Below are positions 10,862 to 20,183 of a stretch of 64,000 nucleotides of DNA, in pieces. The notes below the pieces were generated by a model. The model was not told the DNA's origin. It saw nothing but the letters and a program-made list of their open reading frames with translations, and made no database searches. Both the position numbers and the translations under genes were made by a program. Location of the stretch: the NCBI GenBank assembly GCA_947452965.1, contig CANGEW010000004.1, positions 22,955 through 86,954 on the forward strand, read 5' to 3'. This stretch comes from Chitinophagaceae bacterium (GTDB lineage Bacteria; Bacteroidota; Bacteroidia; Chitinophagales; Chitinophagaceae). The first letter of the stretch is position 1. Each line of letters opens with the position of its first letter.

Positions 10862-10920
10862 TATGTTTGGATTGAAGGGTAAAATTTGGTTTAAAGTGAT
10901 GTGTGAACGGGTAATTGTAT

Positions 10921-11229
10921 TTATTTTTTCTTCTTAAACATTTCTAGCATTCTATCTGTAACCACAAATCCGCCTACTACGTTTAATGTACCTAAAAGAA
11001 CAGCTAAAAACCCTAATGCGAGTGCTAAATAGTTATCCTGTTCTGCTTTTCCCATTACGATGATAGCACCTATGATGACAACGCCATGAATGGCATTTGC
11101 ACCACTCATCAACGGGGTGTGCAAAACGCTTGGTACTTTTTCGATAATTTCTATTCCAACAAAAATCATTAGAATTACCGTATAAATAATTTGCTGATTT
11201 TCTTGTATAAAATGCAATGCTTGTTCCAT
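10921..11229 (-). CDS. pntAB: NAD(P) transhydrogenase alpha subunit, part 2 (membrane)
   Basis: LHTPLMSGANAIHG, NVVGGFVVTDRMLEMF. Confidence 0.95.
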   Translation of the reverse strand: MEQALHFIQENQQIIYTVILMIFVGIEIIEKVPSVLHTPLMSGANAIHGVVIIGAIIVMGKAEQDNYLALALGFLAVLLGTLNVVGGFVVTDRMLEMFKKKK

Positions 11230-11274
11230 GCTTGATTTATTTTAAAAAGTTAGGATTCAATATTATTGTGATGA

Positions 11275-12399
11275 TTAGTTGTTGATGAGTCCGGCTACTC
11301 TTTCATTGGTTATTTTTCCTTCATGAGCAACGCATGTTCCTAATACCAAATCGTCTTCAAAATTCACATGAAGAGACCCTTCTTTAGTGACAATTAATTG
11401 TAAAAAGTTTAAAATGTTTTTGCCGTACAATTTACTGGCATCACTTGGCATAGAACCAGGTAATTTGGAATTGCCAACAATGCTCACTCCGTTTACAACT
11501 ACTGTTTCATCATTTTTAGTACATTCAGTATTGCCTCCGGTTACTGCGGCTAAGTCTATAATAACAGAGCCGTTTTTCATTTGGGCAATCATTTCTTTTG
11601 TGATTAGAACGGGCGCTTTTCTTCCTGGAATTTGAGCGGTTGTAATTACGATATCTGCCTTTGCAACGCTTTCGGCAATTTTTGCTTTTTGTCTTTGAAG
11701 GAATTCTTCAGTTTGCTCAACAGCATAACCTCCAGCCTTAGACGCATCAGCTGCGCCTTCTACTTCTACAAACTTTGCCCCTAAACTCATTACTTCTTCC
11801 TTTACTGCGGGCCTTGTGTCAAATACTTCAATAACAGCCCCTAACCTTTTTCCAGTGGCAATAGCTTGAAGTCCAGCAACACCAGCACCCAAAATCAGCA
11901 TTTTGGCCGGTGCAATGCTTCCTGCAGCGGTCATGAACATGGGAAAGTATTTAGGATATAAGTTTGCAGCAAGCAGTACTGCTTTGTATCCTGCAATATT
12001 AGCCTGACTACTCAATACATCCATGCTTTGAGCCCTTGTGGTTCTTGGCAACATATCCATACTGAATACGGTACATTGATGTTGGTTCCATGTATTGATT
12101 GCTTGAAAGTTAAACAATGCTTGGTAGAAGCCGATTAATACTTTTCCTTTTACTAAAGAATGATCGCTTGCTTCTAATGGGTTGATCGAAAGAACAACTG
12201 TTGATTTTTCTAACACTTCATTTCTGCTAGCGATGGTTGCACCTGCTTCGGTGTATTTATCATTTGTTGCAAAAGATTGTTCGCCCGCTCCAGATTCAAC
12301 AATTAAATCAAGTTGCATTTTTTTTAGAATAGCAACATGTTCTGGGAGGAGTGAAACTCTCGTTTCAAATGTAGGTTCTTTGAGTAAGCCAATTGTCAT
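11275..12399 (-). CDS. pntAA: NAD(P) transhydrogenase alpha subunit, part 1 (soluble dI)
   Basis: PRTTRAQSMDVLSSQ, GAGVAGLQAI, TTAQIPGRKAP. Confidence 0.95.
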   Translation of the reverse strand: MTIGLLKEPTFETRVSLLPEHVAILKKMQLDLIVESGAGEQSFATNDKYTEAGATIASRNEVLEKSTVVLSINPLEASDHSLVKGKVLIGFYQALFNFQAINTWNQHQCTVFSMDMLPRTTRAQSMDVLSSQANIAGYKAVLLAANLYPKYFPMFMTAAGSIAPAKMLILGAGVAGLQAIATGKRLGAVIEVFDTRPAVKEEVMSLGAKFVEVEGAADASKAGGYAVEQTEEFLQRQKAKIAESVAKADIVITTAQIPGRKAPVLITKEMIAQMKNGSVIIDLAAVTGGNTECTKNDETVVVNGVSIVGNSKLPGSMPSDASKLYGKNILNFLQLIVTKEGSLHVNFEDDLVLGTCVAHEGKITNERVAGLINN

Positions 12400-12431
12400 A
12401 GTATATAATATTGTGACGAAGGTAAGAAAAA

Positions 12432-13229
12432 TTAAAATTGAATACAGTAATGCTGAATGGCTTTGAAATCTTTTTTAAAAAAAACAAAGCCGATAAAAAA
12501 CAAATCGATACTTAAGGTTACACTTGGATGGTTTTTTATTTCTTCCCAAGCCCTCTCCATTTCTGCGCTCCAGTGAATGTCATCAAAAACAAAAATCGAA
12601 TTTTCGTTTGCGGATGATAGTAATTTTTCGAAATAATCGAGGGTAGGTTTTTTTTTGTGATTGCCATCAATGAATGCAAAATCAATTGCTTGATTTTGTT
12701 TTAAAAATGCCGGCAACGTTTGCGAAAAATCTCCTTGATGTAATTGAATGTTCTCAATTTTTTGTAAATGAAAATTGTGTTGAGCTATTTCTGCAATTTT
12801 TGTGGCACCTTCAAACGTGTGAACAACTGCGTTAGCATTTGCGGTAGCTAAATAAGAAGTGGTAATTCCAAAGGAAGTTCCCAATTCAATAATAGTATTA
12901 GGTTTATAATACGAAACAACATTATAAAGTAACTGAGAGAATTTCTTAGGCTTTAGAGAGCTGGCGGCTATTTTATCAATTCTACGAGTATTTGTTTTGA
13001 TGATGGATGATCCTGCACCAAAATCTTCAACTTCAATAAATGATTTATTTTTCAACAAGATACTTCTGTGCGATTCAATGGAATGAAAGGAGGGCTGTTG
13101 TTTTTTATTATTCAGCAATTGAGTGATAAAGTTAAAAACAAATGGAGAGTGAACGCCATGACCTTTTTTGTTAGATGCCGTCAACCAGTATCGAATATAT
13201 TTTTTTGCTATGGTTAGGTGAGAATACAA
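12432..13229 (-). CDS. Class I SAM-dependent methyltransferase (O-methyltransferase-like); start probably TTG at 13229
   Basis: GHGVHSPFVF, IELGTSFGITT, FIDGNH, DDIHWS. The upstream track start overlaps folA, so the TTG of LYSHL is preferred. Confidence 0.8.
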   Translation of the reverse strand: MYSHLTIAKKYIRYWLTASNKKGHGVHSPFVFNFITQLLNNKKQQPSFHSIESHRSILLKNKSFIEVEDFGAGSSIIKTNTRRIDKIAASSLKPKKFSQLLYNVVSYYKPNTIIELGTSFGITTSYLATANANAVVHTFEGATKIAEIAQHNFHLQKIENIQLHQGDFSQTLPAFLKQNQAIDFAFIDGNHKKKPTLDYFEKLLSSANENSIFVFDDIHWSAEMERAWEEIKNHPSVTLSIDLFFIGFVFFKKDFKAIQHYCIQF

Positions 13230-13258
13230 ATTAAATAGTATCAATTTAAAAGTAAAAA

Positions 13259-13753
13259 TCAAGAAGTCTTTTTGTCCCAAACTTCGAAAGAATAAGGATA
13301 AGCGTGTTTTTCGTCTGATGTAAAATCCTCAGATGATTGTAGTTCCCAGTTGGATGAATTCAATTCGGGAAAAAATGTATCGCCCTCTATAATTGTATGC
13401 ACTCTGGTCAAATAAATTCTATCAGCTATATCCATGCTCTCTTTGTAAATCTGACCTCCACCAATGATGAAAATTTCTTTGCAATTGGTTTCTTTTGCTT
13501 TTGCAATTGCTTCATCAAGGCTGTTTGCTTTGATTACATTTTCTGAATTCCAGTTTTCCTGAGTGGTAATTACAATATTCACTCTTCCGGGCAATGGTTT
13601 GTTTACCGATTCATATGTTTTTCTACCCATGATTACCACAGCGCCCCAAGTTGTATTTTTAAAAAAACGCAAATCATTAGGCAGGTGCCATAGCAGTTGA
13701 TTGTTTTTTCCTATTGCGTTATTGGTTGAAGCAGCTACTACTAATGAAATCAT
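13259..13753 (-). CDS. folA: Dihydrofolate reductase
   Basis: IGKNNQLLWHLPNDLRFFK, IMGRKTYES, LPGR, IIGGGQIY, GDTFFP. Confidence 0.97.
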   Translation of the reverse strand: MISLVVAASTNNAIGKNNQLLWHLPNDLRFFKNTTWGAVVIMGRKTYESVNKPLPGRVNIVITTQENWNSENVIKANSLDEAIAKAKETNCKEIFIIGGGQIYKESMDIADRIYLTRVHTIIEGDTFFPELNSSNWELQSSEDFTSDEKHAYPYSFEVWDKKTS

Positions 13754-13805
13754 TGATATCTTGTTTATTTTTTAGTGTATCGGCGGGGATACCTATTGAA
13801 ATCAT

Positions 13806-14600
13806 TTACACGGCCACTGGGGCTTTAATTCCTGGATGTGATTGATAATTTATTAATTCAAAATCCTCGTATGTAAAACCAAAAATATCTTTGATGTTTG
13901 GATTGATTTTCATTTGAGGAAGCGGTAATGGAGTTCTTGTTAATTGTAAGTCGGCTTGTTCAAAATGATTGTTATATAGATGCACATCTCCAAAAGAATG
14001 AACAAAATCACCATATTCTAAATCACACACTTGTGCAATCATCATGGTTAATAATGCATAGGAAGCAATATTAAATGGAACACCTAAAAAAACATCAGCA
14101 CTTCTTTGATATAATTGGCAACTCAGTTTCCCGTTTGCTACGTAAAATTGAAACAGACAATGACAAGGCATGAGTTTCATTTTGGGTAGATCTGCTACAT
14201 TCCAAGCAGAAATAATCATTCTTCTGCTATCTGGATTTGTCTTGATCGTATGAATCAATTCTTTAACTTGATCCACTACTACGCCATTCGCGCCTTCCCA
14301 GCTTCTCCATTGTTTACCATACACTGGCCCTAAATCTCCTTTTTCATCTGCCCATTCATCCCATATCGATACGTTGTTCTCTTTTAAATATGCAATATTG
14401 GTTTCGCCTTTTAAGAACCAAAGCAACTCATATATGATGCTTTTTAGATGAGTTTTTTTAGTTGTAACCAAAGGAAATCCTTCAGACAAATTAAATCTCA
14501 TCTGATATCCGAAAACGCTTCTTGTCCCGGTACCTGTTCTGTCATTTTTATCAGTACCACTTGTTTTGATATGTTTTAATAAGTCGAGATATTGTTGCAT
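13806..14600 (-). CDS. thyA: Thymidylate synthase (264 aa from ATG 14600)
   Basis: [37 protein letters not shown]. The track's upstream extension reads through the repeat element. Confidence 0.97.
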   Translation of the reverse strand: MQQYLDLLKHIKTSGTDKNDRTGTGTRSVFGYQMRFNLSEGFPLVTTKKTHLKSIIYELLWFLKGETNIAYLKENNVSIWDEWADEKGDLGPVYGKQWRSWEGANGVVVDQVKELIHTIKTNPDSRRMIISAWNVADLPKMKLMPCHCLFQFYVANGKLSCQLYQRSADVFLGVPFNIASYALLTMMIAQVCDLEYGDFVHSFGDVHLYNNHFEQADLQLTRTPLPLPQMKINPNIKDIFGFTYEDFELINYQSHPGIKAPVAV

Positions 14601-14620
14601 AGGTGCAATATAATTCAATT

Positions 14621-14793
14621 GTTCCAAAGGTTGAAAAAGTTCAAAGGGTTCCAAAAGTTAAACCTCTTGAACCTCTTGAACCTGTTTTGCTGTTCCAAAG
14701 GTTGGAAAAGTTCCAGATATTCCAAACGTTAACCTCTTGAACCTCTGAAACCTCTTGAACCTCTGAAACCTCTTGAACCTCTCAAACCCTTTT
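14621..14793. repeat. Two tandem modules of inverted 9-bp repeats (GTTnnnnnn arm facing AACnnnnnn arm), including an 18-bp unit AACCTCTTGAACCTCTGA repeated about 3 times
   Basis: Module 1 at 14621-14687 and module 2 at 14692-14793; both begin TGTTCCAAAGGTTG; symmetry centres GTTAAAC (14657-14663) and GTTAAC (14728-14733). Confidence 0.92.
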
Positions 14794-14795
14794 GT

Positions 14796-14803
14796 TATCT
14801 TTG
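14796..14803 (+). promoter_or_regulatory. Bacteroidota -7 promoter element (TATCTTTG) for mnmA; candidate -33 TTG at 14773-14775
   Basis: TAnnTTTG consensus with a TTG 20 nt upstream, inside the repeat. Confidence 0.7.
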
Positions 14804-14810
14804 TGCTTTA

Positions 14811-15938
14811 ATGAATCAAATGAGCAAGAAAGGGAAAGTTTTAATGGCAATGAGTGGAGGTATTGATAGTACCGTTGCAGCATTGATGCTACATAAGGAG
14901 GGATATGAAGTAGTAGGGATTACTATGAAAACTTGGGATTATGCAGATAGTGTAGGAGTTACTAGTAAAAAAGAAACGGGCTGTTGTAATTTAGATAGTT
15001 TTAATGATGCCAGGATGGCTGCAGTTGAACATGGTTTTCCACATTTTATTTTAGATATCAGAGAAGAATTCGGTGACTTTGTGATAGAGAATTTTGTTGA
15101 TGAATATATTGCGGGAAGAACACCCAATCCTTGTGTAATGTGCAATACCCATATCAAATGGCGCGCCTTGCTTAAAAGAGCAGATGCTTTAGGTTGTGAT
15201 TATATCGCAACTGGACATTATGCTCAGGTTCATCAACATGATAACGGACGTTTTTTTATTAAAAAAGGGAAAGACGAATCTAAAGATCAAAGCTATGCTC
15301 TTTGGGGGCTTCAGCAGGACTTGTTAAGTAGAACATTGTTGCCACTTGGCATGTATCACAAAACAGAAATTCGTCAAATGGCTCATGATTTTGGTTATCC
15401 GGAATTGGCTAAAAAAAGCGAGAGTTATGAAATTTGTTTTGTCCCGGATAATGATTATCGTGGCTTTTTAAAAAGAAAAGTGCCAGGACTGGAGGAAAAA
15501 GTAATGAATGGCAACTTTGTTGATAAAGATGGAAATATTTTGGGTAAGCATAAAGGGTATCCTTTTTATACCATAGGACAAAGGAAAGGGTTAGATATTG
15601 CGCTAGGGAAGCCTGCTTTTGTAATTGAAATTATTCCTGAAACCAATGTGGTGGTTTTAGGAATGGAAGAGGAGCTTAATAAAACAGAAATGTTTGTTAA
15701 TGGAATCAATTGGATAAAATATGATGGGATACAAGAAGGTATGGAGGTTGTGACAAAAATCCGATACAAAGATGCTGGTGCATTGAGTCAGGTTTATATG
15801 ACTAAAAATGGCGTAAAAGTTGTATTTTACAATAATGTAAAAGGGATAGCTCCCGGGCAAAGCGCTGTTTTTTATGAAGGCAATGATGTAATAGGCGGCG
15901 GAGTGATTCAAAGACAATCTATTAATAATTTAGTATAA
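14811..15938 (+). CDS. mnmA: tRNA 2-thiouridine(34) synthase (start 14811 or 14820)
   Basis: AMSGGIDS, GRTPNPCVMCN, ATGHYA, KDQSY, ESYEICF, YTIGQRKGL, APGQSAVFY. Confidence 0.97.
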   Translation: MNQMSKKGKVLMAMSGGIDSTVAALMLHKEGYEVVGITMKTWDYADSVGVTSKKETGCCNLDSFNDARMAAVEHGFPHFILDIREEFGDFVIENFVDEYIAGRTPNPCVMCNTHIKWRALLKRADALGCDYIATGHYAQVHQHDNGRFFIKKGKDESKDQSYALWGLQQDLLSRTLLPLGMYHKTEIRQMAHDFGYPELAKKSESYEICFVPDNDYRGFLKRKVPGLEEKVMNGNFVDKDGNILGKHKGYPFYTIGQRKGLDIALGKPAFVIEIIPETNVVVLGMEEELNKTEMFVNGINWIKYDGIQEGMEVVTKIRYKDAGALSQVYMTKNGVKVVFYNNVKGIAPGQSAVFYEGNDVIGGGVIQRQSINNLV

Positions 15939-15941
15939 CTT

Positions 15942-16709
15942 ATGCAAAAGATAAGTCTGTTTGTAAAATCTATTTCCTTTTTGGGAGTTCTTGGTTTCTT
16001 ATTGATGACTTCCACTTTATCTTGTACAAAAACAACAGAGACCATTGATCAAAACACATTAGAACAGTATTATCCATTGATACCTGGTAAGTATATAAAA
16101 TATAATGTAGATTCTTTGGAGTATACAAACTTTGGCAAAGATTCCGTTCGAAGATTTTGTCAGGTAATGATGCAAGTGGATAGTCAAATTATGGATAATA
16201 CTGGCGTTCCTGTTTATAGGATTTTTAGATATGAAAGACCAGATAGTACATCGCCTTGGATTCCTCAAGGAACATTAGCGGCTACCAATACAAAACGTAC
16301 CATTGTTTATACAGAAAATAATTTAAAGTATATCAAATTGCAGTTTCCTGTTGAAGAATACAATTCTTGGAAAGGTAATATGTATTTAGATTCCTTTATT
16401 TCAAGAAATTATGACTATCAATATCTGCTAGATTGGGATTATTATTATTCAAATATTGGCGAGTCGATTCAATTCGGTAATGAAACGGTAAATGATATTA
16501 TTACTGTTAATCAACGAAATGAGGTTCTCGGTTATCCTGAAAGTCCAAATGATATTAGCACAATCACATTGGCGTATGAAAAATATGCAAAAGGTATAGG
16601 AATGGTCTACAAGAAATTTAAATATAGATTAGTAGATCAGCAAAATTGTGCATGTGTAAACAATGATGTGTCTTATGAGGTTGTTTTCACTATGTATGAG
16701 CATAATTGA
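15942..16709 (+). CDS. Hypothetical lipoprotein
   Basis: Hydrophobic signal with TLSC lipobox; YYPL..G.YI.Y.VDS and EKYAKGIGMV motifs typical of a Bacteroidota family. Confidence 0.7.
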   Translation: MQKISLFVKSISFLGVLGFLLMTSTLSCTKTTETIDQNTLEQYYPLIPGKYIKYNVDSLEYTNFGKDSVRRFCQVMMQVDSQIMDNTGVPVYRIFRYERPDSTSPWIPQGTLAATNTKRTIVYTENNLKYIKLQFPVEEYNSWKGNMYLDSFISRNYDYQYLLDWDYYYSNIGESIQFGNETVNDIITVNQRNEVLGYPESPNDISTITLAYEKYAKGIGMVYKKFKYRLVDQQNCACVNNDVSYEVVFTMYEHN

Positions 16710-16750
16710 TGATAGCAAGAGCAAATCACTTTTAATCATTACAACTTCCC

Positions 16751-17218
16751 ATGAACATTATCATTAGAAAGGCTGAAGCTTCCGATGCAAAAAGCATGAT
16801 GGGGTTAATAAAAGAGTTGGCATTATTTGAAAAAGCTCCACAAGAGGTAACGGTTTCTTATGAACATTTTGTAGATAGTGGATTTGGGGAAAATCCGGTT
16901 TATTGGGCGTATGTTGCTGAACTCTTAAATTTAGATGGCACAAAAGTAATCGTAGGCTTTGCACTGTATTACATAAGGTATAGCACTTGGAAAGGTCAAA
17001 GAATGTATTTAGAAGATATAATTGTAACAGAGGAGTATAGAGGTAAAGGTATCGGCAGTAGATTAATTAATCAATTGATTCAAGTATGCAAAGATTCAGC
17101 ACTGAAAGGTATGTGCTGGCAAGTGTTAGATTGGAATACCCCAGCAATAAACTTCTACAAAAAGTTCCCTAGTGTGTTTTTTGATGGAGGATGGATGAAT
17201 GTTCAAATGGACACTTGA
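16751..17218 (+). CDS. GNAT N-acetyltransferase (SSAT/diamine acetyltransferase-like)
   Basis: IKELALFEK, YSTWKG..MYLEDI.V...YRGKGIG, VLDWNTPAINFY. Confidence 0.9.
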   Translation: MNIIIRKAEASDAKSMMGLIKELALFEKAPQEVTVSYEHFVDSGFGENPVYWAYVAELLNLDGTKVIVGFALYYIRYSTWKGQRMYLEDIIVTEEYRGKGIGSRLINQLIQVCKDSALKGMCWQVLDWNTPAINFYKKFPSVFFDGGWMNVQMDT

Positions 17219-17343
17219 TTTTTTCCAAAATTCACTTGTATTCAAGCCTTTTTTCTTGAGATGAGCACTTGTGTCTTGAATATGATGTTATTATTATCGA
17301 TTTTATTATCTTTATAATAAGTTTTTCATCAAAACAAAATTTT

Positions 17344-19155
17344 ATGCAACCATCACGTCGTCAAAAGTTTACATTCTTTTTTTCCATTCTGATTGCTACA
17401 TTCACATTCTTTTCTTGTCAAAAACAATTAGATTTTGAAGATACTCAATCAGGGCCTAATTCAAATGACACCACCACTTCTCCAGTCGATTTGACAACAA
17501 AAGTAAAAAGTAGTGTATCAGGTTTCGTGACAAATGAAAGTGATATTGCAGTGCCTGGTGCAGTAGTTACTGCAGGAGGTGTAACTGTAACCACTGATGT
17601 GTATGGTTATTTTTCTATCAAGAATATTGATGTAGTAAAAACAGCGGCAGTTGTAAAGGTTGAGTATCCAGGATACTTTAGTGGTATTAAAACTTATGTT
17701 GGTGTTCAAGATAAGTCTGCTTTTTTTCGAATAAAGTTAATTAAGAAGACAATTCAAGGTTCCGTTTCAGCAATTGCTGGTGGAGATGTCACATTGTCTA
17801 ATGGATTAAAAATATCTTTTCCTGGATCAGCATTTGTAGTGGCGTTAACAAATACAACCTATTCAGGAACAGTTAATGTTGCAGCACAATGGTTAGATCC
17901 TACTTCAAAAGACTTAAGCAGCACAATGCCTGGAAACCTCAGCGGAATTGATGCATCTGGAAAACTAAAAGCATTGGAGACTTTTGGAATGACTGCTGTT
18001 GAACTAACGGGTGCATCTGGAGAAAAACTACAACTTGCTCCTGGAAAAAAAGCTACATTAACTATTCCTTTGCCTAGTAACATCCAAGGCAGCGCACCAA
18101 GTTCAATTCCTTTATGGTATTTTGATGAAAGCACTGGTCTGTGGAAAGAAGATGGGACTGCAACAAAAATCGGAACAAATTATATAGGGGAAGTAAGTCA
18201 TTTCTCTTTTTGGAACTGTGATTTTCCATTGGTATGTATTTACTTTAGCTGCACTTTATTAGATCAAAACGGAATGCCAATGGCGTTTACTCCTGTTTTG
18301 ATGTCTGAAGTTAATAACTCATGGAATGCAAGATGGGGATACACTGACGCAAACGGCTATGTAGGAGGTATTGTGCCAGGTAATTCTACATTAAAAATGG
18401 AAGTATATCCAAGTTATAATTGTCCAAGCCCTACCTATACATCAACTTTTAATACAACCACTTCCGACATTGCTTTAGGTAATTTAGTTATCCCTAATAA
18501 TACACAAGGAGTAGCAATCGTTTCAGGTTCTGTTGTGGATTGTAATAATTTGCCAATAATAAATGCTGATGTTGTTGTGTATAAAGACTATCAGTATTAT
18601 GTATATCAAACAGACAGTTTAGGTAATTATAGTTTTATTAGTTCATTATGTGGAAACTCTTCATTAATAAATCTAATTGCATTAGATAGAACGTCTTTAT
18701 CTATTGGTTCTGTTATTACTCAAAATCTAGTAATGGGTAATAATGTAATTCCAAGAATTCAATTATGTAGTAATGGTGGTGGAAATACAAGCAGCACTCA
18801 ATTTATCAATTACAGCATCGATACGTCTAATTATACATTGACTAGTCCGATTGACACTTTTAACTGTTATTCTCAGGGTTCAATGACTGTTTCAGGTTCT
18901 CAACTTCCCAATTGGAACAATGGCATTTATTTCACTTTTGACACCACTAATATTGGAGTTGGAAGTAATCAGACACTGCTAAGTGCCTATCTTAATAATG
19001 TTAATGATAGTCTTTTCATAAGAACACCTATTAGTGTTAACATTACGGAATATGGAATTCCAGGACAGTTTGTGTCTGGTAATTTTACAGGAACGCTAAA
19101 CGGTTTGCAAAGAACATATTTTATTAATTGCAGTTTCCGAGTTAGACGTTGGTAG
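17344..19155 (+). CDS. Large lipoprotein with carboxypeptidase-regulatory-like beta domains and a ZU5-like HFS-motif domain
   Basis: ATG 17344 gives a signal peptide with FFSC lipobox; TTDVYGYF, PLWYFDESTGLW, VSHFSFWNCD. Confidence 0.7.
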   Translation: MQPSRRQKFTFFFSILIATFTFFSCQKQLDFEDTQSGPNSNDTTTSPVDLTTKVKSSVSGFVTNESDIAVPGAVVTAGGVTVTTDVYGYFSIKNIDVVKTAAVVKVEYPGYFSGIKTYVGVQDKSAFFRIKLIKKTIQGSVSAIAGGDVTLSNGLKISFPGSAFVVALTNTTYSGTVNVAAQWLDPTSKDLSSTMPGNLSGIDASGKLKALETFGMTAVELTGASGEKLQLAPGKKATLTIPLPSNIQGSAPSSIPLWYFDESTGLWKEDGTATKIGTNYIGEVSHFSFWNCDFPLVCIYFSCTLLDQNGMPMAFTPVLMSEVNNSWNARWGYTDANGYVGGIVPGNSTLKMEVYPSYNCPSPTYTSTFNTTTSDIALGNLVIPNNTQGVAIVSGSVVDCNNLPIINADVVVYKDYQYYVYQTDSLGNYSFISSLCGNSSLINLIALDRTSLSIGSVITQNLVMGNNVIPRIQLCSNGGGNTSSTQFINYSIDTSNYTLTSPIDTFNCYSQGSMTVSGSQLPNWNNGIYFTFDTTNIGVGSNQTLLSAYLNNVNDSLFIRTPISVNITEYGIPGQFVSGNFTGTLNGLQRTYFINCSFRVRRW

Positions 19156-19183
19156 TTTTTAATTTTATTTTAAATCTTTATTT

Positions 19184-20107
19184 ATGTATACTCTAGTTCA
19201 ATTTTGGTGGTTGATTTTAGGAGGCCTTGTCTTGTTTAGTGGTTTATTTACTGTGAATCAAGGTACGATTGCAGTAATAACCCGTTTTGGAAAATACGTT
19301 GGCATTAAAACACCGGGATTAAAATTTAAAATACCATTCATTGATCAGGTATACAGAAGAGTGAGTATTCAGAATCGATCTGTCGAATTAGAATTCCAAG
19401 CAGTAACAGTTGATCAAGCAAATGTTTATTTTAAATCGATGTTATTATATTCTGTTCAAAATGAAAATGAAGAAACGATACAAAAAGTTGCTTTCAAATT
19501 CATTAGTGATAAAGATTTGATGCAAGCTCTAGTAAGAACTATCGAAGGAAATATCCGTGCTTTTGTAGCTACCAAAAAACAATCTGAAATTTTAGTGCTT
19601 CGCAGGGATATTGTGGAATTCGTAAAAGAACATGTCGATGCTTCATTGGAAGATTGGGGGTATCATTTGCAAGATCTACAAATCAATGACATCACCTTTG
19701 ATCAAGCAATAATGGAAAGTATGAGTAAAGTAGTAGCAAGCAATAATTTAAAGGCTGCTGCAGAAAATGAAGGACAGGCGCTACTGATTACAAAAACCAA
19801 AGCGGCAGAAGCAGAAGGGAATGCTATTAAAATCGCTGCTGAAGCAGAACGTCAAGCGGCTCAATTAAGAGGACAAGGCGTAGCATTGTTCAGAGAGGAA
19901 GTAGCTAAAGGGATGAGTCAAGCAGCAGAACAAATGAAAATTGCAAATTTAGACACGAATGTTATCTTGTTTAGTATGTGGACCGAAGCCATCAAAAACT
20001 TTGCAGAATATGGCAAAGGCAATGTGATTTTCTTAGATGGAAGCAGTGAAGGTATGGAAAGAACCATGCGTCAGATAATGGCAATGCAGCAAATGGAGCA
20101 GAAATAA
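19184..20107 (+). CDS. SPFH/band 7 family membrane protein
   Basis: N-terminal TM; RFGKY...PGLKFKIPFID; AA/EA-rich coiled coil AEAEG...AEAERQAAQLRGQG. Confidence 0.92.
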   Translation: MYTLVQFWWLILGGLVLFSGLFTVNQGTIAVITRFGKYVGIKTPGLKFKIPFIDQVYRRVSIQNRSVELEFQAVTVDQANVYFKSMLLYSVQNENEETIQKVAFKFISDKDLMQALVRTIEGNIRAFVATKKQSEILVLRRDIVEFVKEHVDASLEDWGYHLQDLQINDITFDQAIMESMSKVVASNNLKAAAENEGQALLITKTKAAEAEGNAIKIAAEAERQAAQLRGQGVALFREEVAKGMSQAAEQMKIANLDTNVILFSMWTEAIKNFAEYGKGNVIFLDGSSEGMERTMRQIMAMQQMEQK

Positions 20108-20183
20108 TTAACATTTTATTTCCATCTATATCTTTCCAAAATTATAGTATTGTAATACAATTCAACAACATTAATTCTATTCT

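Noticed and set aside
9428-12399. Split pntA as a pseudogene or frameshift
   Set aside because: Three-gene transhydrogenases (Rhodospirillum rubrum type) are well known, and both alpha parts are intact with their own starts
14601-14654. N-terminal extension of ThyA ([13 protein letters not shown]...) in the ORF track
   Set aside because: It is simply the 9-bp repeat read in frame; ATG 14600 gives a canonical 264-aa ThyA
14621-14793. Repeat region as a CRISPR array or iteron origin
   Set aside because: Units are 9 bp and contiguous with no unique spacers; no cas, rep or dnaA gene is nearby
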